Assembly: GCA_963836075.1 (NCBI GenBank)
Contig: CAWIIB010000001.1
Location: 352,001-416,000 of the forward strand
Direction: 5' to 3'
DNA from: an uncultured Acidobacteriota bacterium
GTDB lineage: Bacteria > Acidobacteriota > JAQAZP01
DNA length: 64,000 bases
Shown here: piece by piece, positions 19,439 to 31,104 of the stretch
How the letters are laid out: each line of letters opens with the position of its first letter
Position numbering within the stretch: the stretch's first letter is position 1
Notes under the pieces: model-generated
Database searches by the model: none
What the model was told of the DNA's origin: nothing
What the model saw: the letters and a program-made list of their open reading frames with translations, nothing else
Position numbers and translations under genes: made by a program

Positions 19439-22255
19439 ATGAGCAGCTCGAGCAAGAAGCTGAAAGAAACGCTGAATCTGCCCAACACCGCCTTCCCGAT
19501 GAAGGCCAACCTCCCCATGCGTGAGCCGGCGCTGATCGCCCGCTGGGAAGAGCAGGACCTCTACCGCGCCATCCGGGAGGCGCGCAGGGGTGAGCCCACC
19601 TTCGTGCTTCACGACGGCCCCCCCTACGCCAACGGCAACATCCACACCGGGACGGCGCTGAACAAGGTGCTCAAGGACATCGTGGTCAAATACAAGACCA
19701 TGAGCGGTTTCGATGCCGCCTACCGTCCCGGGTGGGACTGCCACGGCCTGCCCATCGAGCTGCAGGTGGACAAGCTGGTCAAGGACCGGGAGGAACCGCT
19801 GCCCCTGTACAAGTTTCGCCGAAAATGCCGCGACTACGCCGAGAAGCATGTCAAAATCCAGCGCAAGAGCTTCCGCCGGCTGGGCATCCTCGGTGAGTGG
19901 GACGATCCGTATCTGACCATGAGTTACGGGTACCAGGCTGAAATCGTCAGGCGCCTGGGCAAATTCTTCGAGAAGGGCGCGGTATATCGCGGCCTGAAGC
20001 CGGTCTACTGGTGCGCCGACTGCCGCACCGCCCTGGCCGAGGCGGAGGTGGAATACCACGACCACACATCGCACTCGATCTACGTCAAGTTCCCCCTGGA
20101 TGGCGATCCGGCCGATCTCGACCCGGCGCTGGCCGGCCGCTCGGTATCGGTGGTGATCTGGACCACCACCCCCTGGACCCTGCCGGCCAACCTGGCCATC
20201 GCCGTGCACCCTGATTTCGAGTACGTGGCGGTGGAAACCGGTGGCCACGTGCTGATCGTGGCCCGCGAGCGGCTCTCCGCCACCCTCGAAGCCTGCGGGC
20301 TCCCGGCAGCGGCTGAACTGGTGTCGTTCAAGGGTTCGCAGCTGGAGAACTTCCGCTGCCGCCACCCCTTTATCGACCGCGAATCGGTGATTCTCACCGC
20401 CAGGTATGTCACCCTGGACCAGGGCACCGGCTGCGTGCACACCGCGCCGGGGCACGGCCAGGACGACTACGTGCTCGGCTCGCAGCACGGCCTGGAGATC
20501 CTGGCCCCGGTTGACGATGCCGGCCGCTTCACCAGCCGGGTGCCCCAGTTCGAGGGCCTTCAGGTTTTCGAGGCCAACCCGGGAATCGTCGACTTGCTCC
20601 GCGAGAAGGGCATGCTCCTCTCCGTCGCCGATTTCGAGCACTCCTACCCGCACTGCTGGCGCTGCAAGGAGCCGATCGTCTTCCGCGCCACCGAACAGTG
20701 GTTTATCTCCATGTCCGATACCGGCCTGCGGCAGCGGGCCGAGGAGGCGGTGGAGAAGGTGACCTGGATTCCCGGCTGGGGACGGGACCGGATCCTGGGC
20801 ATGATCAGCAACCGGCCCGACTGGTGCATCTCCCGGCAGCGGCAGTGGGGCGTGCCGGTGGCCGTGATCTACTGCGAGGACTGCGACCACGTTTTCAGCG
20901 ACGAGGCGCACTTTGACCGGGTGTGCGACATCTTCAGCCGTGAGGGCGCCGACTCCTGGTTCAAGCTGGACGCCGCAGATTTCCTGCCCGAGGACGGCAA
21001 GCAGTGTCCGGGTTGCGGCGGCACCCGCTTGCGCAAGGAAAACGACATCCTCGATGTCTGGTTCGACTCCAGCTCGAGCCACGCGGCCGTCCTGGGCCAC
21101 CGGGAGGACCTCCCCTGGCCCTCCGACCTCTACCTCGAGGGAAGTGACCAGCACCGCGGGTGGTTCCAGCACTCGCTGCTGGTGGGCCTGGAAACCTGCG
21201 GCGCACCGCCCTTCCGCCAGGTGCTGACCCACGGCTTCGTGGTGGACGGCGAAGGGAAGAAACTCTCCAAGTCGCTGGGCAACGCGGTGGACCCGCAGGA
21301 AATCTTCGACAGCCGCGGGGCCGAGATCGTGCGGGTCTGGGTTTCCATGTCCAACTACCAGGAGGATGTGAAAATTTCCGGGGAGATCCTGCAAAGCGCC
21401 TCCGAGGCCTATGTCAAGGTGCGCAACACCTGCCGTTTCCTGCTGGGCAACCTCGCGGACTACCAGCCGGACGGGGCGCTGCCCGACCTGGAACAGGGGG
21501 CCCTGGAACCACTGGACCGCTGGATCCTGGGCCAGACCTCGAAGATGACCGAAAAGCTGCTCCAGGCCTACGAGCGCTATGAGCTGCACACGGTCTACCA
21601 CTCAATCTACCATTTCTGTGCGGTGGAACTTTCGGCGATCTATCTCGACATCATCAAGGACCGTCTCTACGTGGAATCCCCGCAGTCGGTATCCCGGCTG
21701 GCGGCCCAGCACACGCTGCACACGGTGCTCAACTGCCTGGTGCGGCTGATGGCCCCGATCTTCTGCTTCACCGCCGAAGAGATCTGGGAACACATGCCCC
21801 GGTGGGAGGGCAAGGAGCCGAGCGTCCACCTGGCCCGGTTCATCCTGTCCGGCGATCTGCCGCAGGACGCTGAACTGGAGGAACGCTTCCACGGCCTGCT
21901 GCAGGTGCGGGGGGAGGTGCTCTCCGTGCTGGAAACGGCAAGGCGGGACAAGGTGATCGGCAACTCCCTCCAGGCTCGCCTGGAACTGCATGCCGGCGGC
22001 CCGCTGTTGGAACTGCTGCAGCTGGAACAGGACCGCCTGGCAGATTTTTTCATCGTTTCCGCGGTGACCGTTTCCGGCACCCCGGGAGGGGCCGTGGTCT
22101 CGGAGAAAGTGGACGGCCTGGGCATCACCGTGCTGCCGGCCTCCGGTGACAAGTGTCCCCGCTGCTGGCACGTCACCGAAGACCTGGGGCAGTGCGCCGA
22201 CCAACCCGAGGTGTGTGGGCGCTGCGCCGGCATCCTCAGCTCTCTCGGTATCTGA
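19439..22255 (+). CDS. ileS: Isoleucine--tRNA ligase (type 1)
   Basis: [63 protein letters not shown] and C-terminal CPRCW/CGRC zinc finger. Confidence 0.98.
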   Translation: MSSSSKKLKETLNLPNTAFPMKANLPMREPALIARWEEQDLYRAIREARRGEPTFVLHDGPPYANGNIHTGTALNKVLKDIVVKYKTMSGFDAAYRPGWDCHGLPIELQVDKLVKDREEPLPLYKFRRKCRDYAEKHVKIQRKSFRRLGILGEWDDPYLTMSYGYQAEIVRRLGKFFEKGAVYRGLKPVYWCADCRTALAEAEVEYHDHTSHSIYVKFPLDGDPADLDPALAGRSVSVVIWTTTPWTLPANLAIAVHPDFEYVAVETGGHVLIVARERLSATLEACGLPAAAELVSFKGSQLENFRCRHPFIDRESVILTARYVTLDQGTGCVHTAPGHGQDDYVLGSQHGLEILAPVDDAGRFTSRVPQFEGLQVFEANPGIVDLLREKGMLLSVADFEHSYPHCWRCKEPIVFRATEQWFISMSDTGLRQRAEEAVEKVTWIPGWGRDRILGMISNRPDWCISRQRQWGVPVAVIYCEDCDHVFSDEAHFDRVCDIFSREGADSWFKLDAADFLPEDGKQCPGCGGTRLRKENDILDVWFDSSSSHAAVLGHREDLPWPSDLYLEGSDQHRGWFQHSLLVGLETCGAPPFRQVLTHGFVVDGEGKKLSKSLGNAVDPQEIFDSRGAEIVRVWVSMSNYQEDVKISGEILQSASEAYVKVRNTCRFLLGNLADYQPDGALPDLEQGALEPLDRWILGQTSKMTEKLLQAYERYELHTVYHSIYHFCAVELSAIYLDIIKDRLYVESPQSVSRLAAQHTLHTVLNCLVRLMAPIFCFTAEEIWEHMPRWEGKEPSVHLARFILSGDLPQDAELEERFHGLLQVRGEVLSVLETARRDKVIGNSLQARLELHAGGPLLELLQLEQDRLADFFIVSAVTVSGTPGGAVVSEKVDGLGITVLPASGDKCPRCWHVTEDLGQCADQPEVCGRCAGILSSLGI

Positions 22256-22261
22256 GCGCAG

Positions 22262-22759
22262 ATGAACCTTCGACTCTACCAGGCCGGTCTGGTCCTGCTG
22301 GTGGTACTGGCCGACCAGCTGACAAAAATGCTGGCCGCGGCCTCGCTCAGCCTCCACCAGTCGAAAATGGTCATCCCCGGCCTGTTCAATCTCACCCTGG
22401 TGCACAACAACGGCATGGCCTTCGGAATCATGGCCGGAGCCCCCTCCGCTCTGCGCTCGGGGCTGCTCACCGCGCTCTCCGCTGCCGCCCTGCTGCTGAT
22501 CATCTACTACTGCGCCAGCATCCCGCGGTCCCGGCTCTGGCTGCAGTTCGGGTTGAGCCTGATCATGGGCGGCGCCCTGGGCAACATCATCGACCGGCTG
22601 CGGTTGCAACACGTGGTGGATTTCCTCGATTTCCACTGGCAGGGCCACAGCTGGCCGGCGTTCAACCTGGCGGACAGCTGTATCTCCATCGGCATGGCGA
22701 TGCTGGTTCTCGATTTCCTCCTCGGCTTCAGAAAGCGGGGTCAGGCCCTAACCGGTTAG
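22262..22759 (+). CDS. lspA: Lipoprotein signal peptidase II
   Basis: DQLTK, NNGMAFG, GGALGNIIDR, VVDFLD, AFNLADSCI. Confidence 0.97.
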   Translation: MNLRLYQAGLVLLVVLADQLTKMLAAASLSLHQSKMVIPGLFNLTLVHNNGMAFGIMAGAPSALRSGLLTALSAAALLLIIYYCASIPRSRLWLQFGLSLIMGGALGNIIDRLRLQHVVDFLDFHWQGHSWPAFNLADSCISIGMAMLVLDFLLGFRKRGQALTG

Positions 22760-22790
22760 CAACCGGTCCGGCCGGAGGGTTCACGTCCGG

Positions 22791-23567
22791 ATGCATCCCA
22801 TACTCGTCGACCTCGGCTTCGCCACCATCGGCACCTACGGATTTGCCCTGGTGCTGGCCTACCTCTCCGCCATCTGGCTCGGAGTGCACCGGGCCAAAAA
22901 GGAAGGTATACCCCCGGGGCAGATCCTGGACCTCTCGGTCTGGTTGCTGGTGGGAGCCATCATCGGGGCCAAACTGCTGCTGGTGATCGTCGACTGGCGG
23001 CAGTATGCAGCCCAGCCCCGGCTGCTGCTGGGCATCGTCCGCCTCGGTGGTGTCTTCTACGGCGGCCTCATTCTGTCCGTGATCACCGGCCTGTGGTATA
23101 TGAGGAGAAAGGGACTCGATACCTGGCAGGTATGCGACATCCTTGCCCCTTCCATCGCCCTGGGCCAGGCCGTGGGCCGGGTGGGCTGCTTCATGGCCGG
23201 CTGCTGCTACGGCAAGGTCTGCCATTTGCCCTGGGCGGTGACCTTCACCGACCCGGTGGCCCACGACAACGTGGGGGTGCCGCTGCACACACCGCTCCAC
23301 CCGACCCAGATCTACAGCTCGCTCAGCGCCCTGGCCATCTTCGCACTGCTGCTCTGGATCTCCCGGCACAAACGGTTCCCCGGCCAGGTCTTCTGGAGCT
23401 ACGTCGCCATCTATTCGGTTTCCCGGGCCCTGATTGAATTCCTGCGCGGCGACCACCGGGGCTCCCTCTTCAACGGGACTGTCTCCACCTCACAGTTTGT
23501 CAGCCTGCTGCTCTTCCTCACCGCGGTGACCGCATATACCCTGTTGAGGAAACGGGCGGATCGCTGA
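22791..23567 (+). CDS. lgt: Prolipoprotein diacylglyceryl transferase
   Basis: GGVFYGG, LGQAVGRVGCFMAGCCYG, HPTQIY, IEFLRGD. Confidence 0.95.
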   Translation: MHPILVDLGFATIGTYGFALVLAYLSAIWLGVHRAKKEGIPPGQILDLSVWLLVGAIIGAKLLLVIVDWRQYAAQPRLLLGIVRLGGVFYGGLILSVITGLWYMRRKGLDTWQVCDILAPSIALGQAVGRVGCFMAGCCYGKVCHLPWAVTFTDPVAHDNVGVPLHTPLHPTQIYSSLSALAIFALLLWISRHKRFPGQVFWSYVAIYSVSRALIEFLRGDHRGSLFNGTVSTSQFVSLLLFLTAVTAYTLLRKRADR

Positions 23568-24544
23568 TGCAGATCACCGCTTCCAGCGAGGAGATCACCC
23601 GCCTCTCCCCCGATGGTGAAGTGCGGCTGGACCGCTTCCTCAGCAACAGACCCGGAGAAGGCAGCCGGCAGCAGTATGCCCGGGCCATCAAGGATGGCCT
23701 GGTGCAGCTGAACGGCCGAAAATCCAAGCCCTCCAGTATGGTACGGCCGGGCGACCGGATTGATCTTCCGCGGGTCTGTTTTCACGCGGAGTCCCCGGAA
23801 GTTTCTCCCGGCGCCGAACCATTGCCCCTGGAGATAATCCATCGGGACAAGCAGTTGCTGGTGATCGACAAGGCGGCCGGGATGAGCGTTCATCCCGGCG
23901 CGGGTCGGTCCAGCGGCACCCTGGTCAATGCCCTGCTGCACCACTTCCCCGGTATCGAAGGCGTTGGCACCTCGGGCCGACCCGGTATAGTCCACCGGCT
24001 GGACAAGGACACCTCGGGCCTGATCCTGGTGGCCCTCGACCCGAAAACCCACCGGGCCCTGTCCAGGCTCTTCCTCACCAGGGAAATCTCCAAGGAGTAC
24101 CTGGCCCTGGTCTGGGGCTGCCCTACCCCGGAACAGGGTATCATCGAGGCTTCCATTGGCCGCAGCCCCTCGGACCGGAAGAAGATGTCGGTGCTCAGTG
24201 CGGGGGGACGAGAAGCCACCACCCGCTACCGCGTGATTGTGCGGGCGGGCGCCTTTGCCCTTCTCTCCTGCGAGCTGCTCACCGGCAGGACCCACCAGAT
24301 CCGGGTCCACCTGGCCCACCGGGGCCACCCCATCGTTGGCGATCCGCTCTATGGCGGCCGCCGCTGGAAGAACATCCCCGACCCGGCCTTCCGCGCCCTG
24401 CTGCGCGCCTTCCCCCGTCAGGCCCTCCACGCCCACCGGCTGGCCTTCGTCCACCCGGCCCACGGCGCCGCCGTGGAATACCGATCTCCTCTCCCCGACG
24501 ATATCCGGGAACTGCTGGACAGCATTTCGGGTGATGTGGACTGA
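23567..24544 (+). CDS. rluD: RluA/RluD family pseudouridine synthase
   Basis: S4-like RLDRFL N-terminus, RPGIVHRLDKDTSGL, TGRTHQIRVHL, RQALHA. Confidence 0.9.
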   Translation: MQITASSEEITRLSPDGEVRLDRFLSNRPGEGSRQQYARAIKDGLVQLNGRKSKPSSMVRPGDRIDLPRVCFHAESPEVSPGAEPLPLEIIHRDKQLLVIDKAAGMSVHPGAGRSSGTLVNALLHHFPGIEGVGTSGRPGIVHRLDKDTSGLILVALDPKTHRALSRLFLTREISKEYLALVWGCPTPEQGIIEASIGRSPSDRKKMSVLSAGGREATTRYRVIVRAGAFALLSCELLTGRTHQIRVHLAHRGHPIVGDPLYGGRRWKNIPDPAFRALLRAFPRQALHAHRLAFVHPAHGAAVEYRSPLPDDIRELLDSISGDVD

Positions 24545-24611
24545 TCACTCCCGCTCCGGCGTCCATATCCGGTCAAATATTAGTAATTCCGCTATCCTGA
24601 CGGTGCAAACA

Positions 24612-24658
24612 TTTACATTCCAATCCGCTTGTGATACATAGACTTTTATTGAAAAGTC
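24612..24658 (+). promoter_or_regulatory. Putative tol-pal promoter with palindromic operator
   Basis: TTTACA-17 nt-TACATA (TG-extended) followed directly by GACTTTT-N4-AAAAGTC. Confidence 0.45.
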
Positions 24659-24695
24659 CTTTTTCGACAGCACCGTTTACCGATTGGGAGGAGAT

Positions 24696-25403
24696 ATGCC
24701 TCAGGATTTCAGCGGGGATATCATCAGTCTGATTCTGCAGTCCGGCCCGATGGCAAAATTCGTCCTGCTCATCCTGCTGGTCTTTTCCGTGGTCTCCTGG
24801 GCCATTATGGTAGAAAAGCATTTCCTTATCAGGAAGGCCAGGCGGGAGTCGAGGGAATTCCTAACGGTTTTCCGTAAATCGAGCAAGTTTTCAGAGGTCA
24901 AGGCGATCTGCGACGACCTGAAGCACAGCCCGCTGGTGGGCCTCTTTCTCGCCGGATTCAATGAGCTGAATTTTCAGTTGCGGGCCAGCCTCAAGCACCA
25001 GGGCGGCGGCTCCGAAGACCCCCAGGGGCGGGCCACCATCCACAACATCGAAGGGATCAGCCGGGCCCTGCTGCGCGCCACGGCGGTGGAGATCAACAAG
25101 CTCGAGCGAACCCTCAACTTTCTGGCCACCACCGGGGCCATAACCCCTTTTATCGGGCTGTTCGGAACGGTCTGGGGCATCATGTCCTCGTTCCATATGA
25201 TCGGCCTCACCGGTTCGGCCAACCTGGCGGCGGTGGCCCCCGGCATCTCCGAGGCGCTGATCGCCACCGCCGCCGGGCTGGCCGCGGCCGTGCCGGCGGT
25301 TATCGGGTACAACTACTTCATCAACAAGATCCGGGTGGTGGATTCGGAAATGGAAGACTTCGCTTTGGAGTTCCTCAGTATTTCCGAACGGAACTTCACC
25401 TGA
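24696..25403 (+). CDS. tolQ: TolQ (MotA/TolQ/ExbB family)
   Basis: LATTGAITPFIGLFGTVWGIM, VAPGISEALIATAAGL; GGAGGAG SD. Confidence 0.95.
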   Translation: MPQDFSGDIISLILQSGPMAKFVLLILLVFSVVSWAIMVEKHFLIRKARRESREFLTVFRKSSKFSEVKAICDDLKHSPLVGLFLAGFNELNFQLRASLKHQGGGSEDPQGRATIHNIEGISRALLRATAVEINKLERTLNFLATTGAITPFIGLFGTVWGIMSSFHMIGLTGSANLAAVAPGISEALIATAAGLAAAVPAVIGYNYFINKIRVVDSEMEDFALEFLSISERNFT

Positions 25404-25428
25404 TCCGGCAGCAGGATTACCAGAGTCC

Positions 25429-25902
<474 letters not shown>

Positions 25903-25905
25903 CGG

Positions 25906-25938
25906 GAAAGGCCGCCCGTCCGCAGGCGGCGGCCTTTC
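25906..25938. other. Intercistronic stem-loop between tolR and tolA
   Basis: 11-bp perfect stem GAAAGGCCGCC / GGCGGCCTTTC. Confidence 0.6.
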
Positions 25939-25950
25939 GGGACCGGCACC

Positions 25951-26736
25951 ATGACCGATGAAATGAACAGCTTGCTGGAGAAACGGGCGGTGTCCAGCCG
26001 CGCCGGCCGTCCCCTTGCTCTCTTCTTCTCCGGCGCGGTTCACCTGGGTGCCGTTTTCTGGCTCTTCTTTCCCGCCCTTGGTGACGCTTCGGCCATCGAA
26101 GTGGTTTCCGCGCCGGGGTTCGTCCATGTGCGGATGGTCAGCGGCCCGCCGGAGGAGCAGGGGGAGACCCAGCCGGCGGTGGTGGTTGAGGCGCCCGTCC
26201 CGCCACCCGAGCCGGAGAGCGAACCCGCACCGCGCCTGGTGGAGACCATTCCGGAAAAGAAGCCGCCGGTGCAAAAACCGGTGGAAAAACCGAAGCCAAA
26301 ACCGCCGCCCGCCCGTCGCCCACCGGCGAAAACCGTGGAGACCGCAAAGGCGGCCACCAGGGCCGGCAGTGCCGCATCCTCGGGAAGCGTGGGCCTGGGC
26401 AGTGGCGCGGGGCAGGGCGGCCTGGTGGGGATGGACGGCCTGGATACCCGGTTCAGCTGGTATCTCGACCTGGTGGTCAAACGGATCAGCTCCGTCTGGC
26501 AGGAACCCTATCTCGACTCCAGGTTTGGCAAAACATACACGGTGACGGTATACTTCATCATCCACAGAAACGGATCGTTGAGCGATGTGCGAGTGGAGGA
26601 GACCAGCGGGGTCGATATGCTCGATCTCTCAGCGGTCCGTTCCATACGGGAAGCCGCTCCCCTCCCCCCACTGCCGCAGGATTTCAGAGGCGATCAACTT
26701 GGTGTCCATTTCTGGTTCGAATACAAGAGGGATTGA
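25951..26736 (+). CDS. tolA: TolA/TonB family energy transducer
   Basis: TM helix with SxxxH motif, Pro/Lys-rich linker and TonB-C domain ([14 protein letters not shown]); lies between tolR and tolB. Confidence 0.82.
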   Translation: MTDEMNSLLEKRAVSSRAGRPLALFFSGAVHLGAVFWLFFPALGDASAIEVVSAPGFVHVRMVSGPPEEQGETQPAVVVEAPVPPPEPESEPAPRLVETIPEKKPPVQKPVEKPKPKPPPARRPPAKTVETAKAATRAGSAASSGSVGLGSGAGQGGLVGMDGLDTRFSWYLDLVVKRISSVWQEPYLDSRFGKTYTVTVYFIIHRNGSLSDVRVEETSGVDMLDLSAVRSIREAAPLPPLPQDFRGDQLGVHFWFEYKRD

Positions 26737-26737
26737 C

Positions 26738-28078
26738 GTGTTCTACTCTGCACCGGGAATCCGTCGCGGCCTGCTCCTGCCGCTGCTGCTGATCGCGGCG
26801 GCGCTGGTTTCGGGTTCTGCCGCGGGGCAGGACGAGGTGACCATCGGAACCTCGCGTCACGGGATCAGCCTGGTGGACCTGGCCCTGCCCAAACTCCTCA
26901 ACCCCGGCGCTGACCCGGCCCTCGGCCAGGTGATCGAGGAACTGCGCGAAGTGATCTGGAGCGACCTCGATTTCAGCGGGCTGTTCCAGATGGTGGACAA
27001 GCGGTTCTACGGCTACATCCCGCCATACAACCTGCAGCGGCCGGTGTACGAGGACTGGGAAGGAATCGGCGCCCAGGCCTTCCTGCTGGGTTCGCTTCGG
27101 TTGGCTGGCCGTGAACAGGGCCGGACGATCTACTCGGCCGACATCATTCTCTACGATGTGAAATCCCGGCAGCGGATGCTGGGGAAGAAATACGACAGCT
27201 CGCGGCCGCTGCTCCTGGCCCACACCATCGCCGACGAGATCATCCGCCACTACACCGGCACCGCCGGCATCGGGTCGAGCAAAATCGCCTTCATCTCCGA
27301 TCGTGACGGCAACAAGGAGCTGTACGTGATGGACTGGGACGGCCGGCGCCAGGTGCGGCTCACCGCCAATCGCAGCCTGGACCTCTCCCCGTCATGGGAA
27401 CCGGACGGCAAACGGATCGCCTACGTCTCGTACAAACGCGGCAGCCCGGAGATCTTTGTCATGGATGCCTATGCCGGTCAGGAGGTCGTCTTCGCCGGCG
27501 GCCGCGGGGCTTCCTTCTTCTCTCCGGAATGGACGCCGGACGGGCGGAGCATCGTCTTCAACTCCAGCCTCGACGGGGAGAGCGAGCTCTACATCCGCTC
27601 CGGGGCCGGTGAAGAGATGCGGCGTCTGACCTTCAGCCGGGGGATCGATACGTCGCCGTCCTTCTCTCCCGACGGCCGGCGGCTGGCCTTCAACTCCAGC
27701 CGCGCCGGAACGCCGCAGATTTACATCATGGACGCCGACGGCCTCAATGTCGAACGGGTGTCCTTCGGTGAGATGCTCGGCCGCTACAACAGCTGTCCGG
27801 CCTGGTCCCCGGACGGCTCGCGGGTGGCTTTCTGTTCCCGCAAAAATGGGTTTTTTCACGTGTTTACCATTGACGTGGCCGACGGCCGTCTCAGACGCCT
27901 GACCAGCGGCCCGTCAAACAACGAGGAACCAAGCTGGTCCCCTGACGGTCGGCACATCGCCTTCACCTCCGACCGTGGAGGGGCAAAGCAGATTTTCATT
28001 ATGAATGCCGATGGCGCCCGGCAGCGGGCGGTGACCTCCACGGGAACGAACGCGTCACCGTCATGGTCTGGTCGCTGA
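26738..28078 (+). CDS. tolB: Tol-Pal beta-propeller protein TolB
   Basis: Signal peptide, TolB N-domain (DLDFSGLF) and PD40 repeats (PSWSPDG). Confidence 0.95.
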   Translation: MFYSAPGIRRGLLLPLLLIAAALVSGSAAGQDEVTIGTSRHGISLVDLALPKLLNPGADPALGQVIEELREVIWSDLDFSGLFQMVDKRFYGYIPPYNLQRPVYEDWEGIGAQAFLLGSLRLAGREQGRTIYSADIILYDVKSRQRMLGKKYDSSRPLLLAHTIADEIIRHYTGTAGIGSSKIAFISDRDGNKELYVMDWDGRRQVRLTANRSLDLSPSWEPDGKRIAYVSYKRGSPEIFVMDAYAGQEVVFAGGRGASFFSPEWTPDGRSIVFNSSLDGESELYIRSGAGEEMRRLTFSRGIDTSPSFSPDGRRLAFNSSRAGTPQIYIMDADGLNVERVSFGEMLGRYNSCPAWSPDGSRVAFCSRKNGFFHVFTIDVADGRLRRLTSGPSNNEEPSWSPDGRHIAFTSDRGGAKQIFIMNADGARQRAVTSTGTNASPSWSGR

Positions 28079-28156
28079 GTGTCCTGCCGACGGCAGGTCA
28101 CTCGTCCGAGAACAAGGTCAACAATGTCCGTTTATTTTAAGGAGGTACGCGCAACC

Positions 28157-28741
28157 ATGAACAGATTCGAAGCACACCGCAACCCCGGCCTTTCCACTTT
28201 CCTTGTCCTGCTGATGGTCCTGGCCCTGGTCCTGGTCCCCTCGGGCTGTAAAAAGAAGGCGCCGGCAGATATGGATACCGCCGACGACGCCGCCGATCAG
28301 GCCGGAGGGCAGAGCGAAAGCCGCGAGGACCTCGATTCCGGCGACATCATCGGCCTCGGTTCCGAATCGCTCCTGGACAGCGAACTCGGCGCTCTGCTTA
28401 CCGATCTCGAGCTCAAGGACGTGCACTTCGCCTTTGACCGCTACGACCTGACCATCACCGCCCAGACCATGCTGCGGGAGAATGCGGAGTGGCTGCGCGC
28501 CAATCCAGGCATGCAGATCATCGTCGAAGGCCACTGCGATGAACGGGGGAGCAACGAGTACAACCTGGCGCTGGGCGAGCGGCGTGCCGAGACGGTAAAA
28601 AATTACCTGGTCTCCCTGGGGATCGACGAGTCGCGGATGAGAGCCATCAGCTACGGCGAGGAGATGCCCCTCGACCCGGCGAGCAACGAGGCGGCCTGGG
28701 CCAAGAACCGCCGGGGCCACCTGCTGGTGGTGTCCCAGTAA
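28157..28741 (+). CDS. pal: Peptidoglycan-associated lipoprotein
   Basis: Lipobox [41 protein letters not shown]. Confidence 0.97.
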   Translation: MNRFEAHRNPGLSTFLVLLMVLALVLVPSGCKKKAPADMDTADDAADQAGGQSESREDLDSGDIIGLGSESLLDSELGALLTDLELKDVHFAFDRYDLTITAQTMLRENAEWLRANPGMQIIVEGHCDERGSNEYNLALGERRAETVKNYLVSLGIDESRMRAISYGEEMPLDPASNEAAWAKNRRGHLLVVSQ

Positions 28742-28791
28742 GGGACTGCGGTCCCAGGACGGCGCCGCGCCGTTGAAGGAGGTTTCTGGCT

Positions 28792-29655
28792 TTGTGGCAT
28801 AACAACAAAAGAGGAAGCTGGTCGGTCACCGGAGCAGCGGCCCTGACGGCCGCGGTGCTGATGATCGGCCTCGGGCTGGCGCAGCTCACGGGCTGCGCCC
28901 CGAACGAACAGATGGTCAACCTGGAGTCGCAGATGGACCGTCTGACCACCGATGTGGAGCAGTTGCAGCAGTCGGGAGCCGCCAAGGACGGCGCGCAGGA
29001 CCGCGCGCTCAGGCTGCTGGAGGAACGGATCAACACCGTTCAGCAGGAAAACGCCACCCGGGAGGTCAACAGTGAATCGCTGATGAACCAGCTGTCGGCC
29101 CTCTACTCCAGGATGGACGACCTGGAATCACAACTGGCCCTCAGCCTCCAGAAGATGGAGGTGCTGGGCAATTCCATGCAGCGCATGGAACGGCCCGAAG
29201 CCGCGGTGCCGCTGATGGAAGGCACGGAGGAAGGGTCGCTTGAGGACTCCCCGGGCATCCAGGAAGCCGGCTCCCCGGAAGAGCTCTACCGCTCCGCTTT
29301 TGCCGATTACCGCCGGGGAAACTACGAACTGGCCGTGGTGGGGTTCAAGGCCTTCCTCGAGCAGTTCCCGGGGAACAGCGCCGCCGGTGACGCGTACTAC
29401 TGGCTCGGTGAATGCCACTACGCCAACGGAGAGTTCCAGCAGGCGATCAAGTCCTACGACCGGGTGATCCAGAACCACCCGCAGAATTCGCACGTCAGGG
29501 GCGCATATCTGAAAAAGGGCTACGCCTACATCGAATCGAACCAGGTGGCCCTGGGAGTGGTCCAGCTGTACCACATCATCGACAACTTCCCCGGAACCAG
29601 CGAAGCGAACCTCTCCCAGCAGCGGCTGGAGAAGATGGGGCTGCGCCGGCCTTGA
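28792..29655 (+). CDS. cpoB: Cell division coordinator CpoB/YbgF
   Basis: Lipobox LTG-C, coiled coil and C-terminal TPRs (AYYWLGE, AYLKKG); follows pal. Confidence 0.92.
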   Translation: MWHNNKRGSWSVTGAAALTAAVLMIGLGLAQLTGCAPNEQMVNLESQMDRLTTDVEQLQQSGAAKDGAQDRALRLLEERINTVQQENATREVNSESLMNQLSALYSRMDDLESQLALSLQKMEVLGNSMQRMERPEAAVPLMEGTEEGSLEDSPGIQEAGSPEELYRSAFADYRRGNYELAVVGFKAFLEQFPGNSAAGDAYYWLGECHYANGEFQQAIKSYDRVIQNHPQNSHVRGAYLKKGYAYIESNQVALGVVQLYHIIDNFPGTSEANLSQQRLEKMGLRRP

Positions 29656-29684
29656 GAACCGTTGTTCCGCGGGGGGGAATGTTG

Positions 29685-29713
29685 TTGACACGGTGGGATA
29701 GGCTCCCTATAAT
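29685..29713 (+). promoter_or_regulatory. Consensus sigma70 promoter of rpsT
   Basis: Perfect TTGACA-17 nt-TATAAT. Confidence 0.9.
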
Positions 29714-29784
29714 ACGCAACTTGCCGTGAAGTGTGCCCGAATAACGACACTGACCAGTGTTTTGCTGACGGAGTTTACGAGAGA

Positions 29785-30051
29785 ATGCCCAGTCATAAAT
29801 CATCAGAGAAGCGGATGAAGCAGGAGGTGGTGCGGCGCCAGCGCAACCGTTCCAACAGCTCGAGCCTGCGCACCCAGATCAAAAAGCTGCGCAGCGCGAT
29901 CAGCGAAGGCGATGCCGCGAAGTGCGGCGAACTGCTCACGCCCACCACGTCGCTGATCGACAAATCGGTGCAGAAGGGTGTGATCCACCGCAACGCCGCC
30001 GCCCGCTACAAATCGCGGCTGACGAAACAGGCGTCCAAGGTGGGTGACTGA
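29785..30051 (+). CDS. rpsT: 30S ribosomal protein S20
   Basis: MPSHKSSEKR...RN...LRTQIKK...IDKSVQKGVIHRNAAARYKSRL. Confidence 0.97.
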   Translation: MPSHKSSEKRMKQEVVRRQRNRSNSSSLRTQIKKLRSAISEGDAAKCGELLTPTTSLIDKSVQKGVIHRNAAARYKSRLTKQASKVGD

Positions 30052-30075
30052 TCGCGGATTCCACCGGGCCGGGAA

Positions 30076-31104
30076 TCATTTTTCCAGCGATTCCCGGCCT
30101 TGCTGTGTACGGCTGGTGATCAGCCTGGCGGCCAGGGCCACCAGCACCACCGGCGCGATGGCCTTGTCAGTACGCTTGAGATAGGCGTCGGCCCAGGCCA
30201 GGTTGGGAAAGCTCTCCGCCAGCCGGTGGTCGTCGAGGCTGCGCAGGTCATTCAGCAGTTTCCTGGCCAGCCATTGCGGGAGGTTCAGTGCCGCCGGCAA
30301 CCGTGATTCGCTGCCATCTTCCTCCAGAGCCGCCCGAACCGACAACAGCCGCCGGTAGTGCCCGGCGATCAATCCCAGCAGCGGTATCGGCTCTTCCCCG
30401 CTCTCCATCAGCCGGCCCAGGAGCTTCAGGGCCTCCTTCTTCTCCCCGCGGGCCAATAGCGGGGGCAGCGCGAACACCGACTCCTGTGCAGTCCGCCGGA
30501 GCAGTTCCTCCAACCGCTGGACGGTGATCGGGCCGTCACTGCCGGCGTGGAACAGTTCGATCTTCTGCAGTTCGGTCTTCAGACGGTGCAGGTCGGAGCC
30601 CAGATACTGCACGACGGTATGTGCCGCACCGGGCTGCAGAGCCATCCCGCGCTGCCGGAAGTAGTTCTCGACCCAGGAGACCAGCTTGCGGTCCTCGGTG
30701 GGCGTGAACGACCTGCACTGCCCGGCCTTTTTCTCCAGATTCTTGATATATTTCTTTTTTCTCTCCGGCTTGGCGCCGTAACAGAGGATCAGGCACGTGT
30801 CCGGTGAAGGGTCGGAGAGGTATCCGTCAGTCAGTTCAGTGATGCTGTTCCACTTCCACTTCTCCATCCGTTTGAGCACCACCACTCGTTTCTCGGACAT
30901 GACGGGGAGGCGGTTGGCCGAGGCGGCCACCTCTTCCGGCCCCACCTCGTCGGCATAGAGGACCTCCAGGTCGAAGGGGCGCGACTCCTCTTCGCAGAGG
31001 GCGTCAATGGCGTCCCGCACCTCCTTCTCCATCATGAAGCTGTCTTCGCCGTAGAGATAGGTTACCGGGGGATACCCTCCTGCGGCCTGTCCTGCACCAC
31101 TCAC
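30076..31104 (-). CDS. holA: DNA polymerase III delta subunit
   Basis: YLYGEDSF, LPVMSEKRVVVLK, DLHRLKTELQKI; lies between lptE and convergent rpsT. Confidence 0.92.
   Translation of the reverse strand: MSGAGQAAGGYPPVTYLYGEDSFMMEKEVRDAIDALCEEESRPFDLEVLYADEVGPEEVAASANRLPVMSEKRVVVLKRMEKWKWNSITELTDGYLSDPSPDTCLILCYGAKPERKKKYIKNLEKKAGQCRSFTPTEDRKLVSWVENYFRQRGMALQPGAAHTVVQYLGSDLHRLKTELQKIELFHAGSDGPITVQRLEELLRRTAQESVFALPPLLARGEKKEALKLLGRLMESGEEPIPLLGLIAGHYRRLLSVRAALEEDGSESRLPAALNLPQWLARKLLNDLRSLDDHRLAESFPNLAWADAYLKRTDKAIAPVVLVALAARLITSRTQQGRESLEK

Noticed and set aside
19424-21601. Long antisense ORFs (e.g. 725 aa opposite ileS, 665 aa at 32934, 699 aa opposite icmF)
   Set aside because: These are shadow ORFs caused by high GC3 codon bias on the coding strand; they show no recognisable motifs.
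27380-28078. Repeated xSPDG-coding segments
   Set aside because: These are ordinary PD40 propeller repeats of TolB, not a DNA repeat array or CRISPR.
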